DNA of 32,000 bases from Candidatus Thorarchaeota archaeon (GTDB lineage: Archaea > Asgardarchaeota > Heimdallarchaeia > Hodarchaeales > Hodarchaeaceae), in the NCBI GenBank assembly GCA_048882505.1, contig JBHLRO010000006.1:120001-152000 (forward strand). Reading direction: 5' to 3'. Below the pieces are notes generated by a model that was not told the origin of the DNA, did no database searches, and saw nothing but the letters and a program-made list of their open reading frames with translations. Made by a program: the position numbers and the translations under genes. Shown here piece after piece: positions 17,333-26,951 of this stretch. The number at the start of each line of letters is the position of its first letter. Within the stretch, counting starts at the first letter, position 1.

Positions 17333-19021
17333 GTGGAAAAATTGGCCTGGACAAGCATCATCACAATTATAGCCTTTATTACCAGTGTCTTCCTTTGGAT
17401 ATACGATCCTAAAGGGGAAAAGATACCTGAAAAAATAATCCTTCCTGTTATTGGTATCACAGCGATTCTAATGGTTGCCAGTCTCCTTTTCATTGCACCA
17501 CCATCGGCCTTTACCTATGTTCACACTCAAATTCTCATAGTTCTCATATTCATTGTCGTTTTCGGCTTCCTGACCTTGGCAGAGGAGGATAAACTTAGGG
17601 TTATCTTGTTTGGTGCAACCATTGCCGTATCGGTAACCATAATTTTTCTTCCGAACCTACTGCCCTTGGACTATCTAGGCGGGCTCTCTACCGATGCATT
17701 GGAAAATCTGACCTCAGAAGATTTGGAACATGCCATTGGTCGGAAACCTCCGCTTTCAATCGAGCAGCTCAAGGAAATCTTGGAAAATCCCAGTCTTTTC
17801 TTTGAAATCGCCCTCTTTAGCTCGTTTATTGAGTGGGAGGTGATTAGTATCGTATTTGGCATGAGCTTACTCGTCGCCGTATTATCTGATACAGGACTCT
17901 TTGACATGGTCTCAATTAGAACAATTAAGGCATCTCAGGGTGTTCCCCGACGATTTTTGATCCTTGTATTTTTCCTTACCTTGGTCTTATCGGCATTACT
18001 TGATAATACAACAGCTATAATACTGATCAGTGGCATTACGATCACTATAACTCGTGGTTTGGATCTCAATCCAAAACCATACATCCTGGCGGAAGTTTCT
18101 GCAACAGTCATGGCTGGAATTATTACAGTTATCGGATCATTACCTGGAATTCTTATCGCATCCCCGAATGCAGGTAACATCCCCTTTGCTACGTTTTCCA
18201 TTGTGAACTCTGGATTAATCATTGTTTCAGTGATCGTCTCCCTGGCTTATCTCTTTTTAATCTTTAAACAAGAGCTAACAATCCCCCAGACCGCAGGATT
18301 CGATGCTAGCGCACTAAACCTCTTGGATGAATGGTCAGTAGTTGAGTCTCCCCGAAATCTATATGCTGGTTCGGTCGTGATGGGGATTGTAGTCATGGGG
18401 TTAGTTTTTTCTAGCCTAATAGGGCTATCAGTGGGATTTGTTGCCATTACTGGAGCCATTCTCGCGATAGTCGTGACTCGAGCGAATTTAGAACATGTTC
18501 TGCATCGTGTGGAGTTGGAAGGTATTCTCTTCTTTATGGGTCTATTCATTCTGGTAGGTACCTTACAATTATCAGGAGCTTTGGAAGTATTCGCACAGAT
18601 GATGCTGGAATGGTCAGGTGGCAATCCACTGATCTTAGCCTTGGTTATCATCACTTTAATCTCCATATTGTCCGCCATTGTTGCAAATATCCCGATTACG
18701 ATTGCCCTAGCTGAAGTCATTAGTATATTGCTGTCAGATCCTATTTTCAGAGCTAATACCGTGTTCGGATTTCCAGTGGGCGGCTTTTTGTGGTTTACTC
18801 TGTTGTATGCTGTTACATTCGGAGGAGGATTCACGCCATTTGGAACAGTAACAGGGGTAATTGGTGTTCAGGTTCTTTCACAGGAAGGCCATCCTGTGAC
18901 TTTTATGGATTTTGTGAAGAAGATGGCACCATTGAGTGTAATCTTACTAACATTAGGTTTTATCTATCTCCTTGTACTCCAATTTTTAGGGATTTTAGCC
19001 ATCTTAATCCCCCCCTCGTGA
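17333..19021 (+). CDS. SLC13/ArsB/NhaD (IT superfamily, P-protein/OCA2-like) permease with an N-terminal extra-TM extension
   Basis: SALLDNTTAIIL, LFFMGLFILVGTL, SAIVANIP, FMDFVK; many TMs. Confidence 0.8.
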   Translation: MEKLAWTSIITIIAFITSVFLWIYDPKGEKIPEKIILPVIGITAILMVASLLFIAPPSAFTYVHTQILIVLIFIVVFGFLTLAEEDKLRVILFGATIAVSVTIIFLPNLLPLDYLGGLSTDALENLTSEDLEHAIGRKPPLSIEQLKEILENPSLFFEIALFSSFIEWEVISIVFGMSLLVAVLSDTGLFDMVSIRTIKASQGVPRRFLILVFFLTLVLSALLDNTTAIILISGITITITRGLDLNPKPYILAEVSATVMAGIITVIGSLPGILIASPNAGNIPFATFSIVNSGLIIVSVIVSLAYLFLIFKQELTIPQTAGFDASALNLLDEWSVVESPRNLYAGSVVMGIVVMGLVFSSLIGLSVGFVAITGAILAIVVTRANLEHVLHRVELEGILFFMGLFILVGTLQLSGALEVFAQMMLEWSGGNPLILALVIITLISILSAIVANIPITIALAEVISILLSDPIFRANTVFGFPVGGFLWFTLLYAVTFGGGFTPFGTVTGVIGVQVLSQEGHPVTFMDFVKKMAPLSVILLTLGFIYLLVLQFLGILAILIPPS

Positions 19022-19026
19022 TCGGA

Positions 19027-19932
19027 CTATCCCATTAGTATCAATAGAACAGTTATCATGAAAATTCCGATGGCTATTCCTATTGATACTACATTTGCAG
19101 CAAATTCACGATCTAAATCTTCTAGCGCTGCAAATGTAAGCGTATTGAAGCCAACAGGTGCCGCCGAGCTTAAAATTACAATTTTTTGACCTATAATACT
19201 CATAGGAACTAGTATTATAAATATAAACCCCAAAAATAGGCCTATTATCGTTCGAATGCCCACTACAGTAATTGCGGCGACAATGTTTTTATTGGAAGGA
19301 CTGAAATAGAGTCCAATAGCGATCATGAGAAGAGGGGTAACCAACGCACCTAATAGGGCCAAAATGTCAGGTATTGGATTTAAATCCAAACTGATTCCAA
19401 GTAAGTTTATTCCGATGGCAAAAATTAAAGCTAGCAAGGGAGGAGATAACAGCAATCTTTTGTTTAGAAATCGAACATTTTCAGCTTTTGAGTTATGCAT
19501 TTGTGCCAAATAATACACTAGGGTAAGCATCATGGTAAGGTTTCCGATATCAAAAAAACTAGCATAGATGAATCCTTCCTCACCATAAACACCCAATACG
19601 AAAGGGACATTAAAGCCAAGATTTAATATCATTGGGCCAATAATGAATACACCCTTTGTCTCCCGCTCAAACACCCAGAATCGAGCTAAGAGAGAGGAGA
19701 AAACGAGCATCGTGGATATTAGAATAACTGCTAAAATAGCTAGGAATAGAAACTCAAGTGAAAGAGTAGTCCTTGGTATTGTATTCAAAATAATAGCAGG
19801 GAGGGATACAAAAAAGGCCAACCTTATGAAACTATTGGCATCCTGTTTGGTAAAGAGATTTAACTGACGCAGCAAAAGGCCTAACAGGAATAGTGCAATG
19901 ATCGGAATCACAATGGGCAGGACGTCAGTCAT
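19027..19932 (-). CDS. AEC (auxin efflux carrier/PIN-like) family transporter
   Basis: About 10 TMs, FFVSLPAII, NLGFNVPFV, SPPLLA, PLLMIAIG, SAAPVGFNT, ANVVS. Confidence 0.85.
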   Translation of the reverse strand: MTDVLPIVIPIIALFLLGLLLRQLNLFTKQDANSFIRLAFFVSLPAIILNTIPRTTLSLEFLFLAILAVILISTMLVFSSLLARFWVFERETKGVFIIGPMILNLGFNVPFVLGVYGEEGFIYASFFDIGNLTMMLTLVYYLAQMHNSKAENVRFLNKRLLLSPPLLALIFAIGINLLGISLDLNPIPDILALLGALVTPLLMIAIGLYFSPSNKNIVAAITVVGIRTIIGLFLGFIFIILVPMSIIGQKIVILSSAAPVGFNTLTFAALEDLDREFAANVVSIGIAIGIFMITVLLILMG

Positions 19933-20189
19933 TTTTAGTACCCAATCAGACCAAAAACTAGAAAGCCGATAAATGCTCCTAGGTTTGGATTACTTCTGGT
20001 GTCCAAATATAGAATTCTTCAAAACAAAAACTCAATAATCTTTCCCCGACTCGAATAATCTTTTGGCACATTGAAAACAAAGGAATGCCATTCATCCGCA
20101 CTATTACTAAGATAGGTACCGCTGAAATATAATTGACGTGATATTAATAAGTCAAGCGAAAAAATATGACATGAAAGAGGCGATACGGC

Positions 20190-20714
20190 ATGACGTGGAT
20201 CAGTGTCGATATAGAAGCCGACGGCCCAATTCCAGGTGATTATTCCATGGTGTGGTTTGGTGCAGTAGTCGTTAGAACAGGATTTGAATTGATTTTTGAG
20301 GGTAAATTAGCCCCTATATCCGAAAAATATTCCCCTGATGCTCTAGCTGTTGCAGGTCTTACTCGAGAAGATACATTGAAATTTCCTGATCCTCGTCAAG
20401 TGATGGAAGAGTTTAGAAGTTGGATTTTCAGAGTTTCTAAAGGAAAACGGGTGTTTTTCATAGCTGATAACAACGGGTTTGATTGGTCTTTCATTAACTG
20501 GTATTTTCACCATTTTTTAGGGGAAAATCCATTTGGTCATTCCTCTCAGAACTTAGGATCGTTATATAAGGGATTGGTCAAAGACGTATTTGAAAATTTC
20601 AAACATTTGAGGGTTACTGAGCATACACACAACCCCGTCGATGATGCCCGTGGTAATGCAGAAGCTCTCCTATTTATGAAGACACAAATGGGATTAAAGA
20701 TTGCTTTAGAATGA
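20190..20714 (+). CDS. DEDDh 3'-5' exoribonuclease (Rv2179c/RNase AS-like)
   Basis: VDIEADGP (ExoI), NNGFDWSF (ExoII), HTHNPVDDA (ExoIII). Confidence 0.85.
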   Translation: MTWISVDIEADGPIPGDYSMVWFGAVVVRTGFELIFEGKLAPISEKYSPDALAVAGLTREDTLKFPDPRQVMEEFRSWIFRVSKGKRVFFIADNNGFDWSFINWYFHHFLGENPFGHSSQNLGSLYKGLVKDVFENFKHLRVTEHTHNPVDDARGNAEALLFMKTQMGLKIALE

Positions 20715-20730
20715 AGCTCTTGAGCGAGGA

Positions 20731-21654
20731 ATGATAATGGATCAGGCCCAGAAAAATGGTGATAAATACAACCAATTTTATCTATGGACGGAATATCGTT
20801 CTGTCGAGAGGAGAAAACTTCTCCTATCATTCTTGATTACTTTTTCTGTCATGTTTGTTGAAATAACTGGAGCCTTTATCACGTACAGCGTGGCTCTTCT
20901 AAGCGATGCAGGACACATGTTTACACATGTGTTTGCAATCGGGATTAGTCTATTTGCGGTGTTTATCGCTCAAACTCCCCCATGTTGTCATCGCACATAT
21001 GGTTTAAGTAGAGCTGAGGTGCTTGCAGCATTTGTGAACGGTTTATTTCTAATTGTCATCGTAATCGTAATTGTAATCGAGGCCATACTTAGATTTCTTG
21101 CCCCTGCGAATATTTTGGCGGCCGAAATGTTCCTCGTTGCCATCCTTGGATTAATAGTTAACCTTGCCAGTATAATGATTCTGGGGAGGACTAAACAAGA
21201 TTTAAACCTACAGGGCCTTTTTTATCATATGGTTGCAGACGCCTCCTCTTCGATTGGGATCATCGTGGTTGCTGTGGTTATTTACTTCACTGGTTGGAAC
21301 TTTCTAGATCCGTTAATCAGCTTGCTAATCTCCCTCATAATTTTACATTGGGCGTGGTCTATTCTCAGAGACTCTGGGAGAATCTTACTTGAGATGGGGC
21401 CTCGAGAACAGAATTCTGAGACGATTGTCCAAGGTCTTCTATCCAAATTTCCCTCCATTCAGGCGATAGAATCGATTCACTATTGGACAATTTCGCCAGG
21501 GGACACAGTTCTCACAGCACATATCCGGTTTCCAATTCCTAATCCGAGCGATGAGTCGATTTCAAAATATCAAACTATTATTTCCGAGATCAACGATCAC
21601 TTGGAGCAATATTACAAAATAAAAGAGTCAACGATTCAATACTCAATTGGTTAA
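20731..21654 (+). CDS. cation diffusion facilitator (CDF) metal exporter
   Basis: ALLSDAGHMFTH (TM2), TYGLSRAEVLAAFVNG, HMVADASSS (TM5), DPLIS, LHYW-like C-terminal domain. Confidence 0.92.
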   Translation: MIMDQAQKNGDKYNQFYLWTEYRSVERRKLLLSFLITFSVMFVEITGAFITYSVALLSDAGHMFTHVFAIGISLFAVFIAQTPPCCHRTYGLSRAEVLAAFVNGLFLIVIVIVIVIEAILRFLAPANILAAEMFLVAILGLIVNLASIMILGRTKQDLNLQGLFYHMVADASSSIGIIVVAVVIYFTGWNFLDPLISLLISLIILHWAWSILRDSGRILLEMGPREQNSETIVQGLLSKFPSIQAIESIHYWTISPGDTVLTAHIRFPIPNPSDESISKYQTIISEINDHLEQYYKIKESTIQYSIG

Positions 21655-21667
21655 CGGGATTTGCTGA

Positions 21668-22522
21668 TCATAGAAAGTATATGGATGCGAGAAAGAAGTA
21701 CTGTTGGATCATTACGGCCATGGCTAGTTTTGCGAAGGAACGACTACCATTTTTTTGGAACACATGAATATAATAGCTGAGGCCAAATAATTGAAATATT
21801 ATTGACAAGGGAAGACCTATTGCAGGAATGACCTCCAATAGTGCTGGAATGGGAGGTAATAAGCTAATAACCACAAAAACTGTTGTTATAATGGTTTGTG
21901 GGATTAGTACATGAGAAGCAAATTCCCCACGCTTCTTATCTACATGTTTCGCGTAGCCATCAAATACCCAGAAAAGAAATAAGGCGATTATCCCGGTAAA
22001 GGTTGAAAAAATGGAATACATGATAAGGATTAACGAATCGTCGATAGAAAATAAAAAAAAACCAGCAATTCCGAATTGGTGTGATATCGTCAGCATAACC
22101 AGCCCCCCTACTATCAGTAGAAGTTGTATTAGCAAACTGAAAAAGGGAAATCGCGTTACTACCGTGGAAACAGGGGAATAAATTTTCACCCACGACAGTA
22201 GGGGATTTGGTTGGGTCGCTGGAAGGCTAGAACGGAAAAACTCTGCTGCACGCGCTCCGTTAGGTGTGATTTCATACGTTTTATCCCTAACAGATTGATT
22301 GATCAAACCCGCTTCTACAAGGATTCTCATATGATGATAAAATACCCCAGATGTTAATTTAAGCCAGTGTGTAAGCTCTGTATACCCCGCCCATCCTTTT
22401 TCGTAGAGTTCGAATAAGATTCGGCGTCTAATGTTATGGTTGAGCGCTTTCAAAACAAGTTCGTCTATCTCTACGTGTTGCTCCGTCTCATGGTCATTGG
22501 ATTCAGCCACGGATAATCCCAC
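21668..22522 (-). CDS. membrane-anchored ArsR-type winged-helix transcription regulator
   Basis: LKALNHNIRRRILFEL...GYTELTHWL...GVFYHHMRILVEAGLI...YEITPNG, followed by about 5-6 TMs. Confidence 0.82.
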   Translation of the reverse strand: MGLSVAESNDHETEQHVEIDELVLKALNHNIRRRILFELYEKGWAGYTELTHWLKLTSGVFYHHMRILVEAGLINQSVRDKTYEITPNGARAAEFFRSSLPATQPNPLLSWVKIYSPVSTVVTRFPFFSLLIQLLLIVGGLVMLTISHQFGIAGFFLFSIDDSLILIMYSIFSTFTGIIALFLFWVFDGYAKHVDKKRGEFASHVLIPQTIITTVFVVISLLPPIPALLEVIPAIGLPLSIIFQLFGLSYYIHVFQKNGSRSFAKLAMAVMIQQYFFLASIYFL

Positions 22523-22581
22523 TAAATTCAGTGACGCAATAAACTATCGGAAGTGAATAAAAATACCGTTAAATGCACAAA

Positions 22582-23811
22582 TTAAACCTCATTCTCTATC
22601 AGGGTTTCTTCAGGGTGCCTTTTAATACGGTTTAATATTGCGCCACTAACCACAACCAGAGTCACCAAAATCATTGAAAGAAAATACCCACCCGGAGTCA
22701 TCTTCAACAATCCTATTACGTTGGAAAGGATTTCCTCAACGACTGGAATTAGTATATCTTCTACGCCGATCTTTGGATCATGTAGAATCCTATTCCCCTG
22801 CGGATATACAAGATAAAGCCATTGGTTGCCTGTATCTTGAGTTGTATTGACAGGTTTTTTGACTCCATCTACTAAAGCATTTTCATTCCAGGAAAAATAT
22901 CCTGAAAACCCCCCAAGAGTCACCTTTAGTTCTTTTTCATCGAATGCTCGCCCCTCCGCTTCATCCTCGGTACTCTCGTCCGCATCATACTCGGAATCAG
23001 CTTCGAACTCGGTTCGAAGAGCTAGGAAGGAAGTATTTTTTGTAAATGAGAAGTTATTGATCGCTATATCGATTTTAACTTGTGTTGGGCTGATTATCGC
23101 TTGATTTATCTTTGTGAATTCATTACTGACATAAAATTGAAGACTAAAAAGGCCATCGCTGGTCGTTGTATTAAAAATCTCCACGGTCGAATTTCCAGAA
23201 CTCATGTTCGCGTGTTGGATAGGTAGAAACGTCATAGAATCCAAAGCCAAAGACGTCAGGATTTGATCACCAGGAGTACTAAGTGTACCGTCACCATTAA
23301 TGTCTTCGAATTGAATAAGAGCTAAGAAACGAAAAAAGAATTGGAGTTCTACCTCTCCTGAGCCTGATCTGGATTCATATTCCAGTTTAAATTCAGGAAA
23401 ATCGGAAATCTTGAATTCCATTTTGATCTTGTCCTTTTGGACTCCATCTTTAAGCTCTGATTCGATATTAACTTTTTCCTCGTCATATTCTATGGTGATT
23501 TTGCGACGATTGACATCTTCAAACTCATCTCCCACCCCATCATCATCATCATCGCGTTCTTCTTCGGAAGTACTCATTGAATGTTCTTGTGTCTCCGTTC
23601 CATCCTCCTCCTCGGTCGTTTCACTTGTTTCATCCGAAGTGGTATTATCATCCTCGGGTTGATCCCCAGCCATGGAACTTTCGGAAGAGGCTGCTATACC
23701 CGAATTCATTTTCGTAGAAATCAATAAAAGAACTACAAAGACCGTAATGAGAACCGCGGCTGTTTTTCTCCTTTTTGTTCGATTTTGGCTTTGCATAAAC
23801 AGTTTTAACAT
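22582..23811 (-). CDS. acidic type-I membrane surface glycoprotein, paralog B
   Basis: Basic plus hydrophobic signal segment, D/E/T/S-rich linker, DDDDDGVGDEFE motif, beta-rich ectodomain, several NxS/T sequons, C-terminal TM and short tail. Confidence 0.75.
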   Translation of the reverse strand: MLKLFMQSQNRTKRRKTAAVLITVFVVLLLISTKMNSGIAASSESSMAGDQPEDDNTTSDETSETTEEEDGTETQEHSMSTSEEERDDDDDGVGDEFEDVNRRKITIEYDEEKVNIESELKDGVQKDKIKMEFKISDFPEFKLEYESRSGSGEVELQFFFRFLALIQFEDINGDGTLSTPGDQILTSLALDSMTFLPIQHANMSSGNSTVEIFNTTTSDGLFSLQFYVSNEFTKINQAIISPTQVKIDIAINNFSFTKNTSFLALRTEFEADSEYDADESTEDEAEGRAFDEKELKVTLGGFSGYFSWNENALVDGVKKPVNTTQDTGNQWLYLVYPQGNRILHDPKIGVEDILIPVVEEILSNVIGLLKMTPGGYFLSMILVTLVVVSGAILNRIKRHPEETLIENEV

Positions 23812-23908
23812 CAGTATCCGCCCTGCGAAATATCAGATATTTCTGTGTTTCTTCATCTTGGGATCCTAAAAAAAGAAAGAAAAGGGTTTGGTGGAAAACG
23901 GAATGATT

Positions 23909-25087
23909 TTATTTACGCTTTCGTTGATATACCGTTTTTCCACCAATTAGGGCAAGTACCACAAGGGTTACTGGGATTAAATATCCATTGGAAGGTGAAC
24001 CAGATGGTGATAAATTATCCGCTACCAGAATAACCCCTGCGACTCCAATCTTTGGATCGTGGATGATATCATTACCCCTTGGGTAGTTTAGGAAGATCTT
24101 TTGATCTGTACTGCTGTCATCATCTTCAACAGGGCTACTTAACACGGTTTGATTGACCCCATCAACCAGAGCAGTCTCTGTCCAGGAGAAAAATCCTACA
24201 AACCCACCCATGGAAACTTCAACTTCTTTTTCCTCATCCGCGCGTCCTTCGGTCTCGTCCTCTGTATCTTCGTCTTCTTCGTATTCTTTTGTGGCCTCTA
24301 GCTTAGTTTGTAGGGCGAGGTCAGAGTTAGTATCATTGTATGGAAAATTATGGATTTCTACATCTATTTTTGCTTGAGTGGGAGTTACTAATGCTTCATT
24401 GACAATCGTGAATTCGGAAACTGCGTAGAATCGGAGAAGAAATACCCCATCTGTGGTATTAATTGTGATTTTGTGAAGAATGGAATTTCCAGGACCATCT
24501 TGTGTTACATAATCGATAGGTTCAAATGCTACTTGATCCAACCGATATTCTTGTACTATAAGATCTTCTGATTCGTTGAAAACGCCATTAGCATCTTGAT
24601 CAATGTATTCGATTATTGAATAGAATTTCACTTTAAATGCCAGTTCAACCTCAGCACTATTGGCTTCTGACGAGTACTCCAATTTTACCTTTGGTTCATC
24701 GTGGACTTCGATCTCAATATGAATTTCATCTTTCTGTTCGCCAAATTTTAACTGCGATTCAATTTTCACGTCATCAGCATCGTGTTCGATTGAGATTTCA
24801 CGTTCATTCTTCGCTTCGGTTTCATCGTCAATTCCATCATCATCGTCATCATGTTCCTCTTCTAGTTCTGTTTCGGTGATGTCGGTATCTTCAGTTTGGG
24901 TTCCACTAGTTTGGTCATCCACACTGGTTTCACTGGTTTCTTGGAGGATGGAATCAGCGACGCCGCTGACAGTTAAAAATGACGTCATCATGAGTCCTAA
25001 TAAAAAACTGGCTAAAAGCAGGGATAGAAAAAACGATTTCTTGTTTGATATTTTCGTTGCTGTTTGTAACATTTTATTTTGCACCAT
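23909..25087 (-). CDS. acidic type-I membrane surface glycoprotein, paralog A
   Basis: Same architecture as paralog B and colinear with it (PTQxKID, TEDExEGRA, GGFxGxFSWxExALVDGV, YPxGNxIxHDPKIGV); tail YQRKRK. Confidence 0.75.
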   Translation of the reverse strand: MVQNKMLQTATKISNKKSFFLSLLLASFLLGLMMTSFLTVSGVADSILQETSETSVDDQTSGTQTEDTDITETELEEEHDDDDDGIDDETEAKNEREISIEHDADDVKIESQLKFGEQKDEIHIEIEVHDEPKVKLEYSSEANSAEVELAFKVKFYSIIEYIDQDANGVFNESEDLIVQEYRLDQVAFEPIDYVTQDGPGNSILHKITINTTDGVFLLRFYAVSEFTIVNEALVTPTQAKIDVEIHNFPYNDTNSDLALQTKLEATKEYEEDEDTEDETEGRADEEKEVEVSMGGFVGFFSWTETALVDGVNQTVLSSPVEDDDSSTDQKIFLNYPRGNDIIHDPKIGVAGVILVADNLSPSGSPSNGYLIPVTLVVLALIGGKTVYQRKRK

Positions 25088-25125
25088 TTTGTTTAATGAA
25101 TCTGATCAATTAGACAGATAGACTC

Positions 25126-25133
25126 GGTTTAAG
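25126..25133 (-). promoter_or_regulatory. possible TATA box (CTTAAACC) upstream of the glycoprotein pair
   Basis: TTAAA box about 40-45 nt upstream of the ATG at 25087. Confidence 0.25.
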
Positions 25134-25507
25134 ATCGACCTATAGAAACCTGTAAATAGGGAATTTCTATCGTTTTGGAGTTACGTTTTTCGTAAATTTG
25201 ATTGTTAATACTACATAGAAGAGAGAAATCAGACATCAAAGGTATCACGAGCTTCTTCAGAGATTTTATTAGCGCGTTTTGGGATTGCACTCTGTTTGGA
25301 AGTCAATCTGCCAAAATTTTATTCATGTTGTGCGTCTGGTTTGATAAAAGCCAAATAATGAGCTTCTAGGAGGTAAATCATAACATAAAGGAGATAATTA
25401 CCAACCTCTCACCTTAAGACATAACCTAGTTGAATCGAATACTCACGAACCTTTCACTATCTAGGTCACCTGCACTGTCTAGACCTCTAAAAGAACGTTG
25501 AACTAAG

Positions 25508-26053
25508 ATGAGGGTAATAGAAGGGCAACATGCCATTAAATTTCAAGCACGGGATATATATAACAACCGGATTGCTCTAGACGACTTTTCTGCGCATCCC
25601 CTGTACCTTTGTTTCTTCAGATACGCATCATGCCCCTTTTGCAATCTCCGTTTCTCTGAATTAATTACAAAATACCCTAGACTTCATTCCGAATATAATC
25701 TACAGATATTGGCTTTTTTCCAATCTCCCAAAGAGCTTATATCCAAGTACGTTGAAAAAAGACAAGGAAATATCCCTTTTCCGGTAATCCCAGATCCTAA
25801 TCATGAAGTTTATAGGCTTTACGGGGTTTATGCATCCAAGTGGGGCTATATACGGGGCTACTTTCGTTGGGGGAAGTTTCTTAGGGCAATAAAAAGAGGG
25901 TTTCACCTTGGAATCATGGATGGAATTCGAACATTAATTCCTGCGAGCTTTCTGATCGATCAAGGGATTGTGGTAAAAGCCTACTACGGAAGCGATATTA
26001 CCGACCATCTCCCCCTATCAGCCATACATGAATATTTTCTCGGTACATCATAA
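25508..26053 (+). CDS. peroxiredoxin-like redoxin (AhpC/TSA-type, CxxC)
   Basis: FFRYASCPFCN, FPVIPDPNHEVYRLYGV, IPASFLID. Confidence 0.85.
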   Translation: MRVIEGQHAIKFQARDIYNNRIALDDFSAHPLYLCFFRYASCPFCNLRFSELITKYPRLHSEYNLQILAFFQSPKELISKYVEKRQGNIPFPVIPDPNHEVYRLYGVYASKWGYIRGYFRWGKFLRAIKRGFHLGIMDGIRTLIPASFLIDQGIVVKAYYGSDITDHLPLSAIHEYFLGTS

Positions 26054-26105
26054 TATTTATCCCGGCTTACAAAGATTAATTTAACAATTATGCTGGAATT
26101 GAACA

Positions 26106-26939
26106 ATGACGATATATTTAGGAACAACAGGATGGCATTACCCCTTCTGGCGTGGACGATTTTATCCTAATGACACAAAGAGCGAGCTGAAATATTACGC
26201 ACGTCATTCGAAATTAAACGAGATTAATACTACTTTCTACAGTATTCCTTCGCATTCACTAGTGAAACGATGGTATAAATCTACTCCTGAAGATTTCCAG
26301 TTCACTGCCAAAATGATAAGGGATGTCACCCATTCCAGTAATCTTTCCTCAAAGTCGGATCTGATCGAAGAATTTTTCTTACCTTTAAGGGGTTTGGAAC
26401 CAAAATTAAAGGGGATTCTTCTTCAATTTCCCCCATCATTTCGTTTTAATTCAAATCGGTTACAGTATCTGGTCGGGATACTAGATGAATGTTCCAAGCA
26501 TTTTTCAAGAATTCTAATCTTAGAGCTAAGAAATTCATCTTGGCTTATTCCTGAATTGAAGTACTTAATAACTGATTATTCCCTCGTGCTCACAGACACG
26601 ACAAAGATAATGATTCCTCCTGACTTTTTTTCCAAAAAGGTTCCTGTTTATTACGTTCGAATTTTGGGAGATAGAAAAGCTATTCCTGATTCACAGCTCG
26701 GCCGCACATTTTTGGTGAAAGATACTGAAATAGATGGCCTGGTTAGCAGAATCAAACAATTTTACGAGGTTTATCAAAGGATTTTCATCTTGATTAACAA
26801 TCGATTTTCAGGATATGCTATAAATGATGTTATTTCGCTTCGGAGGCGCCTAACAAGAGAAAAACTAGATGTTCAGGGTTTTTCTGATGCATCCAAGTAC
26901 CTCCCCCGTCAATATGGCCTCTCTGAATTTTTTGGCTAG
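26106..26939 (+). CDS. DUF72 (YecE-like) domain protein
   Basis: YLGTTGWHYPFWRGRFYP, EINTTFY, W...TPEDFQFTAK, LLQFPPSF, ELRNSSW, YVRILG, LINN. Confidence 0.9.
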   Translation: MTIYLGTTGWHYPFWRGRFYPNDTKSELKYYARHSKLNEINTTFYSIPSHSLVKRWYKSTPEDFQFTAKMIRDVTHSSNLSSKSDLIEEFFLPLRGLEPKLKGILLQFPPSFRFNSNRLQYLVGILDECSKHFSRILILELRNSSWLIPELKYLITDYSLVLTDTTKIMIPPDFFSKKVPVYYVRILGDRKAIPDSQLGRTFLVKDTEIDGLVSRIKQFYEVYQRIFILINNRFSGYAINDVISLRRRLTREKLDVQGFSDASKYLPRQYGLSEFFG

Positions 26940-26951
26940 ATGTTCGGTCTT

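Noticed and set aside
17671-19867. Long antisense ORFs over the SLC13 and AEC genes (for example 18247-18834)
   Set aside because: Typical stop-poor reverse frames of hydrophobic membrane-protein genes.
23525-23560. CATCATCATCATC run (and similar at 24836-24852) as a tandem repeat or His-tag-like ORF (24637-24879)
   Set aside because: It is the antisense of the poly-Asp (GAT/GAC) codons in the surface glycoproteins.
25320-25385. Minus-strand mini-ORF containing FIKPDA, reminiscent of nucleoside diphosphate kinase
   Set aside because: Only about 20 codons, and adjacent frames show no further NDK similarity.
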